From Macrostomum lignano (Eukaryota): a stretch of DNA of 64,000 bases. The DNA is taken from contig NIVC01001016.1 of assembly GCA_002269645.1 (NCBI GenBank), positions 62,001 through 126,000 of the forward strand, written 5' to 3'. The position numbers and the translations under genes are program-made. Under the pieces are notes generated by a model. The model saw only the letters and a list, made by a program, of their open reading frames with translations. It had not been told where the DNA came from and ran no database searches. Shown here piece by piece: positions 38,801-49,018 of this stretch (position 1 is its first letter; every line of letters begins with the position of its first letter).

Positions 38801-40870
38801 ACTGAGCATTATAGCAATTTAGCCCGCAATCCTGGCATCTTACATATGCGCGGTTTGCCTTACAGTTGGAGCCCGGAGTCTTGCATGTACTGCAGGCGTC
38901 AGCGCACTTGTGCTCGGCGTTGGCGCAGTCGTAGGCCATCTCGCACTTGGCGCAGTAGTGATCAGAGCCGAAAAACGCAGGCAGCTTGGTGACCACATTA
39001 AAGTGCTGCTCGACCAGGTGCAGGTGCAGAATCTCGGTGCCAGGCAGGTTGAAGATGCACCTGTTGGCCTCCTCTGCCCTGTACACTCGTACACCAAAAT
39101 CGCGCCCCGGATGCAGCCGGTTCAGGGCACGGATCGCTTCGGGCAGTGCATCCACCCCGAAAGGACCAGCCTGCGAGACGGTTTGAAGAGTCTGTGTGGA
39201 GGGTAAAATATTTCTTTTAGTATTCCCTGATACTGTGTAAAAAATCTTATCAGAAAATATATCTTTTAGTATTCCACGATACTGTGTAAAAATTCTTATC
39301 AGAAAATATATCTTTTAGTATTCCACGACTGTGTAAAAATTCTTATCAGAAAAATACTAGAAACTTACCGTGTAGAGGCCAGCTTCGATTTGTAGCTCAG
39401 CCACCAGCTTAGTCTGCGTGGGCGAATTGGCCTTGATTGTGTGCCACACCCGCTTGGTGATGGACTTGGCCACGAATTGCAGGTAGGCGCAGGCCACGAC
39501 CAGAGCGCGCAGCAGGCATCTCTTGTCCGAGTTGGTGATGCGGACATAGTGCTTGGAGAAGGCGTGCCGCTCTTCTAGATGCTTGTTCTCGAGAGCACAT
39601 CCACCTCGAGGTACCCAGGCTTTAGCAGACGGATAGAAAAGTTGCTCGACAGTACGCTGCGTCTGACTGCACAATCTTGTCAATGTGCTTAAACAACAAT
39701 TCAGCCGTCATGCGGGCTGCACGCACCGGGGGAGTGTGGGCCGCTTTGAGCATATTGTCGCTCTCGAATTTCGCGGCCATAAAGTCATCACCAGCCAAAT
39801 CTTGCTTGAAAACTTCGAGCATGTCAGCAAACACCTCCCGCAAATCTTCGGTGTTGGTAATATGCACCACATACTCGACACCCTTTGCCCTAAACTTGGG
39901 CAGGTCACGCTGATTATCCAGCCGGCCGTAAAACCTGCATGGGGGAATGGGGGAGTGTGAGTCAGCTAGGGTCTGTGTGGGAAATGGGGGGCTGGATAAC
40001 TCACCCGGTCCGGTAACAGATTCCGGCTGTGTTGGCGGGACAAACGCGTCTGAAAAAACACAAGGAGATAAAAAACCAGAAGAATCTGTCATTTTCCTGG
40101 CCCCAGCGTGTTTCCCCGCCCTAGCCCCAGCAATTTCTTAACAGAGTTTACTCTGCTGTCCCCGCAGCAACTCTCTGCAATTTCTTATCTGCACCCCCGC
40201 TGCAGCCTGTCGCAGCAGTCTTTGTTTACTCACCCCTGCAACTCTCTGTCGCAGCAATTTGCACCTAGCTGCAGCCTGTCTGGGTAGCGCCCCTGCCAAT
40301 TTCTTATCAGTCTGTCCCCGCGCTACACAGTCCCAGCAACTCTCTGCCCCACCTGGCTGTAACTTGTCTAGCCTGCCCCAACGATTCTGCAGCAATTTCT
40401 TATCTGCCGCAGCACCCTAGCAACTGTCTGTTTTTGCAGCAATTTCTTATCAGCACACCCCTCCCTGTCTAGACAACCCCCCCACCCCAGTCTTTGTTTA
40501 CTCACCCCTGCAACTCTCTGTCGCAGCAATTTGCACCCCAGCTGCAGCCTGTCTGGACAACACCCCCCTAGCAGCAATTTCTTATCAGCACACACCCGGC
40601 TGAAACTTGTCTAGCCCTCCCCTGCAACTCTCTGTTACAGACCCTGCCGCAGCACCCCACCCTAGCAACTCCAGTCTAGACCCCTGCAGCTGTCGCAGCA
40701 GTCTTTGTTGTTTACTCTGCGGTCCCACAGACCCTGCAGCTGCTGCTGCTGCTCAGCCCCTACCCCCACCCTAGCAACTACAGTCTAGACAGAAATTAAT
40801 TAAAACTTACCATAAAGACGTTGCCTCTTGTCAGCCAGAAAGCAGTTGCTGCGGCGCTGCGTTTAGCCAT
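35818..40870 (-). CDS. polB: Protein-primed family-B DNA polymerase (Polinton/adintovirus type), spliced; well-supported exons 39934-39369, 39191-37273, 37205-36658, 36575-36282, 36211-35818; putative first exon 40870-40811 and a small exon 40049-40005; apparent frameshifts near 39655 and 38760
   Basis: ExoI YYDFET, ExoII AHNGSAYD, FKDSLNFIPIGLAQFPKA, KGDFPH, ExoIII YCLQD, TIAG, FGGRTE, motif A DV|VSLYP, motif B KIFLNS|LWGKF, motif C YADTDS|VVY, GPKLY, KCKGI and KRVY...S.PYGF. Introns are GT-AG and restore the motifs in frame. Confidence 0.93.
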
Positions 40871-40940
40871 TTTGCAAACAGAGAGCGTGAGAGAGCGGAG
40901 AGAGAAGGATTTATCTCTCTACCCTGGCTCTGGGGGTCTG

Positions 40941-41062
40941 TATATATACTAAAAAATCTGCTCAGCTCGCCTGTTATTGGATAAATCGCCAAAAACCAAC
41001 CAAAATCATCAAAAATCACCCCAAAATCATCACCCACCCCACCCTCCACCGGGGGTATATAA
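40941..41062. promoter_or_regulatory. Divergent promoter with two TATA boxes (TATATATA 40941-40948 for polB; TATATAA 41056-41062 for the PC4-like gene)
   Basis: TATA motifs lie about 70 nt upstream of the minus-strand ATG (40870) and about 50 nt upstream of the plus-strand ATG (41112). Confidence 0.6.
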
Positions 41063-41111
41063 GGCGCTGCACGGCTGTCAGAGAGCTCTCTGCTGCTGCT
41101 GCTGCTAAATC

Positions 41112-41645
41112 ATGTCTTCTATCTCTCTATACGAAAACTTTGTGGCGCGGAAGCCCACATTTGAAACTGAACACAACTTGATTGAAATTCGGCGTCTCTA
41201 CACCAACGAGGCCGGAGTGTGGAAGGACGGCTTCCCTGCAATCTACTTGGCCGAGCCAGAGTGGAAGAAGCTCGAAGCTGCGCGCCCTGACCTGGAGGCT
41301 GCTGCCCGCCTTCACGTGAACAAGCGGGTCCTGTTGGGCAATTTCAAGGCAGTTGAAGCTTCGCGAGGGAGGATCCGTTTGCTGCGCAATTGGCTCAATC
41401 AGGACCCAAAGTTTAATTGGCGCTACACGATCGAATTCACGCCTGAACTGTGGCGCCGGATGTTTGCCGCCCGTTTGGACAAGCTCTTCAAGCCGGCACC
41501 TGAGGCACCCCCTCCAGCCAAGCGAGTCAAGACAGACACGCCTCCGGTAGCCGGGACTGAGGTGGATGTTCTTCAGCTCATGGGTCTCAAACCCTACCAA
41601 TCTCCACCCTGGGAAAATCTGTTTAACGAGGGTTGGGACTGCTAG
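41112..41645 (+). CDS. Tandem PC4-like (putative ssDNA-binding) protein with C-terminal NLS, 177 aa
   Basis: LIEIRRLYTNEAGVWKDGFPAIYLAEPEWKKL resembles the PC4 core ([32 protein letters not shown]). A second degenerate copy is IRLLRNWLNQDPKFNWRYTIEFTPELWRRM. PPAKRVKTD resembles the c-Myc-type NLS. Family call is by eye. Confidence 0.68.
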   Translation: MSSISLYENFVARKPTFETEHNLIEIRRLYTNEAGVWKDGFPAIYLAEPEWKKLEAARPDLEAAARLHVNKRVLLGNFKAVEASRGRIRLLRNWLNQDPKFNWRYTIEFTPELWRRMFAARLDKLFKPAPEAPPPAKRVKTDTPPVAGTEVDVLQLMGLKPYQSPPWENLFNEGWDC

Positions 41646-41760
41646 TTTCCTATTGGTTCGCACCGCCTCACTCGATCCGTCTATATAATTAGTGTTTCCC
41701 CCTCTCCAGAGAGTCAAACCCTATCTCAGCTCTAATACTTTACTCTCTGTTGATTCTAGC

Positions 41761-42774
41761 ATGTCCCGCGAGCTCTATCCAACCTCTGGGATAATAATCG
41801 CCCGACTGAAGAGTTAACCAGCCTCGACGGGGATATCCCTGAACACATAGTTCCCCTAGGCACTGAAAACAACGGAAGTGATAATTGGGAGGCTGATCAA
41901 TATCTAGCTTGGGCTATGTCCTATGATAGCGACACCGAGTCTGAAGTTTTTGACCTCCCGCTGCTGGCTATCGGCGGGGTTGTGAACGGTGCCCCTGCTG
42001 CTACTGCCTCCGATTTGACTACCGCCTCAGCCGCCCTCTTTGACGTCTCTGTTGAGGAGCTGACCACAACCGGCCCTGCCTCTGCTGCGCCCGTCTCTGC
42101 TGCTGCCGCCTCTACTACGCCCGTCTCTGCTGCTGCTTCAACTACCTCCCACCGGGCCTCAATATCATCAGCCGCTACGCTCCTTCTCTTCGACGACGAG
42201 GACGAGGATATGTCTGAGGAGATCGCCGTGGTTCGTGAGCGCTTTCCTCGCATTGTGGCCTCATTTTTCCGCGGGGACATTGACTGGCTGAGGTCTCGGC
42301 ATCCTGGCGGGCTGCCCTCCCAAGCTACCTTTGTCAGAGCCTTTAATCGGGTTCTTGATACTTTGGTTGCGAGGGGTGCCGGCCTACGGGAGGTGTTGGA
42401 GGCTGAGACTCTGCACCAGGACTGGTTGATGGGGCGCAATTCGTATGCCCCCGACTCTGAGGCGTACCTGGCCGGTCCGGGAGCGCGGCCAACTGCGTGG
42501 GATGAGCCCGTCGCATGGCCCTCCAACTGGGAGGAGCACCTTTCGTTGGTGCGCTATACAGCGTCTCTACGTCTGTGGCGGCTGGAGGACGATTTAGATT
42601 TGGTAAGATATTACATTATATACACAACTTATCTAATCATATACCTTGCATATATTCTATCTACATTGACTGTTATAATTTCCACATTGCCAGTCATCCG
42701 ACTACTGCTTCGAGAGCGTGGAGGAAGAGGCCGCGTACGAGACAGCCCTGAGGGAGCGTATGGAGATTGACTGA
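41761..42774 (+). CDS. Unknown acidic protein of the Polinton-like element; exons 41761(or 41916)-42602 and 42694-42774; probable 1-nt frameshift near 41780
   Basis: The 41916 frame stays open upstream to about 41780. ATG 41761 follows a TATA-like TATATAA near 41681. Intron 42603-42693 is GT-AG, phase 0, and gives the C-terminus SSDYCFESVEEEAAYETALRERMEID*. Confidence 0.6.
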
Positions 42775-43089
42775 TAAGGGTATTTCTCTTTGTACGCGGT
42801 TTGGGGAACCCAACACTGTACACTGGGTAGGTTAGAATGTGCGCTAGCTGGGGGCCTCTATGTGTGTATACACGGGGGTTAAAAGACCAATTCTGATAGC
42901 TCGCTCCTAGGGAGGAAATTGGCAGAGGGGCCGGCCCAAAAAACTGAAATGGGCTGGCCCCGGGCTCGAGTCCACCCACCTAAAATATGGAGGTCATTAC
43001 AACCTAATGACCCGAAATACTTTCAACGCAATTGTACCTATAAGAGGGTTAGGGCGGCGGCGGCGGTGGCGAAAACGGGCGGCTAAAAC

Positions 43090-44028
43090 CTCCCTTTTGG
43101 GATTTCCCCGAACCGCTTTTGGTTAAAATTTATGCACCTGCGGGTTAGACAATATTTACTCTTTAGTCGGTGCGACATTATTTACGCGTCTGTTGCACCT
43201 GGGCGTTTGCCTATAATCTGATTATACATGCGTGCCTGTATTATACAACTACACCTTATGCATGCCTTGTAAACCTGCTTTATACATTAATCCGATATGT
43301 ATCGAAAGTACACTTTGTAAACCTGCTGTGTGTATTTCCACCTATGTAGCGCCTACAGTACCTGCTTTGTCTATTTCTGCCCATACACCTACATTGTGTG
43401 TTTTTGCTGCTCATATGCTCCAATATGTACATTTTAATATGCAATATGCGTCATTATTCACCTACCAATATGTTTTATCTACATTTTTATGTAAATATAC
43501 TCAATTTCACCTACTATAAGTAGTTTTCACTAGCCTAATATCGTTGACTACATATCGGGAGAGTGGTAGAGTGTACATATCGGTAGAGTGTACACTCGGG
43601 GTGCCTGCGGCTCGGTAGAGTGTACACTCGGGGTGCCTGCGGCTCGGTAGAGTGTACACTCGGGTGCCTGCGGCATGGGCGTCTGCGGCATGGGCGTCTG
43701 CGGCATGGGCGTCTGCGGCATGGGCGCCTACGGCTCGGGAGGGTGCGCCTGCGGCTCGGGAGGGTGTACATATCGGGGTACATATCGGTAGGGTGGGCAT
43801 ACATATCGGTAGGTGCGCCTGCGGCTGGGGAGGGTCGCCGGTGGCTGGGGAGGGTCGCCTGCGGCTGGACGGCGCTTGGCGCCACGCGCCTGCGGCGCGC
43901 GCGCGCCGAGCGCCGATATCGATACGGGTATCGATCACCTAGTGATCGGGGCGCCAGCCAATGAGAGGCGAGGAGGGTTGACACCCACCTCACCTCCAAA
44001 ATCGCGCCATCTGCCGTTGCTTAGTAGT
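43090..44028 (-). repeat. Right terminal inverted repeat (~940 bp)
   Basis: Reverse complement of 34540-35460. Confidence 0.93.
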
Positions 44029-44566
44029 GCCAATTAAGATTAATAAATAATATTGATATAATTCATAAAACTAATTTAATGATAAATACTTATAAAATAA
44101 AATAAAGTTTATTTTTAAATTAACTAGGCCTAAGTCCTAGGTTTATTTTTTAAGCGCAAAATGTGCATATGCACCCTAAATTTTAAAATTGCACCTTGAA
44201 AATTGAAATTAAAAAGTTGATGATACAGTTTAGGTGTGATCTCATTACCTATTTTTCTGTTGAAGCCTATTTTGCACTGCCTTTATATAAGAAAAAAGAG
44301 AAACTGCATTCTAAGCCTTAAAATCATAAAACCCTAAAAGTGAGCATAGGGTATGATTTTGCACCTTGTCTCTAGCAAAAAAGAAAACCCTACCTAAGTC
44401 AATCAATAAAATAAAATTAATAAAATTAAAATAATAAGTACAAAGAATTAATATATGTTTCTATAAATTTAATTTTTTATTTTAAAATTGATTTTAGACT
44501 ATAAAGTATTTAGGCAAAGCAATGCATGTTTTTTTTATATTTGCTGGCCTATTATGATTAAAAGGG

Positions 44567-44815
44567 GGGCTGTAGCCAAGCGGTAACACAGCTGCTCTGG
44601 TGTGCCAACGACCTAGGCTCGATTCCAAGTGCAGTCACATTAATTTGGGGCTGAATTGGAATCTTGGCTTGGCTCTCTGCTTGTGCAATTAACGGCCTTG
44701 AGAGCCAACCCCCAAGGCACAGTGAAGTATACATGCCTAACAATAAATAAAGTTAGGGCCACTGTACACTCCTATGTAAGTGTGCCTGCATACGTATCCG
44801 CACGCTTGTGTGCCT
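44567..44815 (+). mobile_element. tRNA-derived SINE, family A (second copy, inside the CMC-like element)
   Basis: GGGCTGTAGCCAAGCGG head, GGCTCGATTCC box, and a body matching 30055-30279 on the opposite strand. Confidence 0.75.
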
Positions 44816-47664
44816 GCTCAGGGGAGTTAGTGGAATGGGTAGCAATGCCTCTCGCCAGTTGTATGCCTATGTCGCTTAAAGTGTGCCAGGGTACACACAA
44901 TCCCTTGCCTCTAATAAAAAAATAGTATGATTAAACATTAGGCTTAATCTTAAAAGCTATGCCCTATGGCTATTAAATTCTAGACTTGGCCTAAATCAGA
45001 TCAAATTTACAATAATCAGTATTTATTTATAATAGCAACCTTAGGGATCTGCTAGGCTAGCTATGCCAAGAACAGGTTGCAAATGTAATTGCAAAGAATT
45101 ATTTATAATGATTAATAATATTGTTTTTAAAAATGCAGCAAGTCCAAAAGATGCTAACAGGCTTTTATGAAGAAAATCATAAATGAATAGATTTTTAACA
45201 GATTAACTAGATTGACTAGTCACAATTCACAAAGTCAAGCTAGTCTTAACCTTAATTAAAATAGAAGGACCTAAATTGATAGTTATACTTATAGGCCTAG
45301 CTTAAAATAGGCCTAATAAGCATACATATAAATAGATAGGACTAATAGGTAGGACAAAGAGGAAATTATGAACTTCTAAATGCCTATTAAGTTTAAAAAA
45401 TGAGTAGCCAATCTATGGACATGGCCATGGGATTCCTAGAAATAGGATAAGCCTAAATAAATTTATCATGGATGGATTTTACCAAAAGTATTAGGCCTAT
45501 CTATGATGAAATACTGATTTATCTAATTTCTAATCCCATGGAGGCCATGGTCTTATAAGTTATTGCCTATAGGCTACGTCTACTAAAATTTTTAAGGTGC
45601 TTAAATAGCCATAAACAAGGCAATTTATCTTTCAAGGCCTTGAACCAAGACATTGACGAATATAAAATAAAATAAATTTAATTTTAAAAAGCACGAAACG
45701 TTTTTTATTGTTCACTTCCATTTTGTCTATTTTAACAAACAGTGTCTTATTTTCTGATTATACTTTAGCTTTAAGATATTAATTTTTACTTAAAAGCATA
45801 TAAATATAATAATTAATTATAGTAATTTTATAAAAACGTCTGAATGTGGTGTATCACAGTTTTTTATCGAAGTGGATTCCATGTTGAATCAATATACGCT
45901 TATTTCTCATGAATTCCTTGTAAAATCCACATCAACATTAGGACAGTAAAAATTAAAAAATTATGCATAAAAAATACTTTGCATACCATTATGTCATCTT
46001 TAAGTCATTAATTTGCAAAAATTAAGGAAACATTTAAATTCCACATGGCCACGTGGAACCCACGTGGAATCCATGAATCATTTTTCACTGGGTCAGAATC
46101 CTCTCTATCCAGCCCTCGGCTCTGTTAAAACTTTGCGACAGCAATTCGACTCGCTGAAGGTTTCTCCTCTCCTCTAGTCTACCTCTTGCATCTCCTGCAC
46201 TAAATCGATAACACCTCATGTTGGTTCGCAGGTTTACTCTCCTTTTGTTTGACAATGGGAGACCAGCAAGAAAGCAGTCAAGTAGTTACATTCAAACTGC
46301 ATTACCATATTTTCCTAGGTAGCTCCTGTTCTATGGTAAAACTTAATCGAACTATAGTTTTTTTTAAATCTACTCAACAAGTCAATCATGTGTTTCTTAA
46401 CAAACCGTTTGTTAGGGTCGCTAGTCTCGCTTCGAACGTCTCAAAACTTCCGTTACACGAGGCAACCCTATCGAATGAGATGGCAACCCTATCGAATGAT
46501 ATGGCAACCCTATCGAATGAGATGGCGCTAAAATGAGTGCCTGTGGCGCTAAAATGAGTGTCTGCGGCACTTAAACGAGTGCTGACAACACCGATTCTCT
46601 CAAAATCATGTACATTTAGGAATTTAGTCATGTACATGTACATGACATGTTTAGAATTCTTGGCTTTGTCCCCTCACCATAAAATTCATGGTGACGAACC
46701 TGGAGCCTCCTGAAAGACACCTCCAATGAGAAAGGAAAGTTGCATTTTTCAGTTGCAACAAATGTGTTTAGCTTTAATTGTAGCCACTAAACAGCCTGCA
46801 GTGGTAAAATTATTTTACCGTTTATTTGTTTAAAAAATAGAATTTCAATTCGTGTCCTTGTGAAGAAATATATCAGCGAATTTGTAACAAAAGTTAAAAA
46901 TCCTCTCTAGAAAGTAAACACAAATTTGCTTATCATACTACTAACTACAATTATCGCAGTGCAGACCGCATCAGTCCAGCTATGCAGCTACGCAAAAAAT
47001 ATTTGTTTCAAAACATATCGCTAAATCGGAGCACTTTAATTAACAAATTTCTAAATTCCTGATATTTTCTTTTACGACAGGCTAAAACTGAAATTTGAAG
47101 AGAATTTAATTTAAAAATGTTCTACAGACACATATTTCAATAGTACTAACGGACAATGAGTAGTCTGTGAGGGATTTGAAAGAAGTTTTTTAAAACAAAG
47201 ATATGGAAAAACATTTATAATAAACAAAGCTCTAGACTGTCTATTGAGGTGTGAAAAATTCAGTAGTACAGTGGGGATTTTAAAGGAAAAACAGCAAAAA
47301 CAAAGCAACCAGAAGGAATGAGCAGCCGAGGGTCAATGGTGTGCATACGCAGAGAATTTTCAGTCAAAATTTAGAAAATTTTCTGCGAAAAACTGGATGA
47401 AAAAATACTTTTTTACACAGTCAGCCAAATCACAGTCAGTCAAACAAAATGGATCGGCGCAGAAAAACAAAATGACCTTGATTTGTATTCTTGATTAAAG
47501 TGTCAAATAATTTGCGTATTGCTAAATTTGAAAACTCCTACAACCAATTTTTATATGCGCGTAAGAAACATAAACATCTGTGTAATTTTCTCTTCAAAAA
47601 AGTAGAATGACAATTCCAAAGTGAAGCTGACTTCTTCAAAATGAAATTATGGAGGAGAGACACC

Positions 47665-48000
47665 GACAATGTACTCCCGCCTATCAGCCAGCCAACACCC
47701 ACCCCACAATGTACTCCCGCCTATCAGCCAGCCAACACCCACCCCACAATGTACTCCCGCCTATCAGCCAGCCAACACCCACCCCACAATGTACTCCCGC
47801 CTATCAGCCAGCCAACACCCACCCCACAATGTACTCCCGACTATCAGCCAGCCAACACCCACCCCAAAATGTACTCCCGCCTATCAGCCAGCCAACACCC
47901 ACCCCACAATGTACTCACGCCTATCAGCCAGCCCCCACCCCACCCTACAATGTACTCCCGCCTATCCGAAAGCCACCACCTCCAAAATGCACTCCCGCCT
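47665..48000. repeat. 40-bp minisatellite (ATGTACTCCCGCCTATCAGCCAGCCAACACCCACCCCACA)
   Basis: About 8 visible copies. Confidence 0.92.
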
Positions 48001-48648
48001 AAAGCCCCAAAATTGAATTAACTTATTTCCTACCAAATTTTTTATCTATATCGATAGTGCAAATTTAAAGTGTTATATTTGTACTCTTGATAACAAAAGC
48101 ACAACTTCGTATGCAATTTTCCTGCACACATTAGCTTAGGAAACTACATGTACATGTATAGAGTGCTCAGTGGTGCCTGGCTTCAGAGTTCATAACTCTA
48201 TCTTCACGTCCTCATCTGTTTCTCTCTCCATCTCCCACCCTGTCAGTGGGGGATGAAGGGAAGAGAGAGAGAGAGTTGGCGGCGACCCCGAAATCCGTAT
48301 TGATCCACGAAACCCGCTGCCCAGAGCTCGATATAGAAGAAGCACTGAAGCTTAGCACAGAAACAGCCCACAGTTTCGCAGCTGGGACACCACAAGCCGC
48401 ATCTATATGGAACCTGCACAAAACACTGTACCGAATATCGCGACCCCAGCCTGGGACAAGTGCTAATTAGCAACTTGAAAGCAGGTCGGATTAACGGCAA
48501 TGCAATTAAGACAAGGATAATTGGACAGCCTGCCAGTGACAGGGCCAACCCCGAAGGCGCAGAGAGTGCCTGACTAACAACTTCAGGGCACTTGCGGGAC
48601 GTACTGACTCAACTGCCTTAACTTTCAGGATAAACAATAAAAAACTTG

Positions 48649-48945
48649 TCACAACTTCACGGTAGATGAAGCTTTACAGAATCGTCTCAACTCGAATTGG
48701 ACTCGAACTCGCGACCTCCAGGTAACTGTCGATTTGTTCAGCTCCTCCGCCCAGGTGGGCTGCGCAGATCCGGCAGCTGCTGGCAGAGAGGCGGCTTCGG
48801 CGCCTTCGTTGCAGCCCTCGTCGATGATGCGAAACGGCTTCAGCAGGGTGCAGTTGAAGTAGCGAGCGATGTCACCGGCCTTGGACTTGGCGTTGGCCAC
48901 GGCCAGGAGGGACGCCTCCCGTCTGCGGTGGATGTGGGAGATGAT

Positions 48946-49018
<73 letters not shown>

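Larger units (their letters stand above)
34540..44028. mobile_element. Polinton/Maverick-like element of 9,489 bp with long TIRs and a 6-bp TSD; encodes pPolB, a PC4-like protein and an unknown protein; no integrase or capsid genes seen
   Basis: GCCAAT at 34534-34539 and 44029-44034 flanks inverted termini ACTACTAAGCAACGGCAGATGG...CCATCTGCCGTTGCTTAGTAGT. Internal protein-primed PolB. Confidence 0.92.
33691..46092. mobile_element. Non-autonomous CMC/EnSpm-like DNA transposon (~2.9 kb without the nested element), hosting the Polinton-like element and a SINE
   Basis: Inverted termini CCCAGTGAAAAAAATGATATGGATTCCATGTGG (33691) and CCACGTGGAATCCATGAATCATTTTTTCACTGGG (46092). TC flanks both ends (2-bp TSD). 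Subterminal TTCCA(C/T)(A/G)TGG repeats; AT-rich interior with no transposase seen. Confidence 0.7.

Noticed and set aside
35791-39600. Numerous antisense and alternate-frame ORFs over polB
   Set aside because: Shadow ORFs of GC-rich coding sequence; no integrase (DDE), capsid, ATPase or protease motifs found in them.
48246-48470. Short ORF resembling a LINE ORF2 C-terminus (HETRCPEL...)
   Set aside because: Resemblance is too weak and there is no RT sequence or tail to support it.
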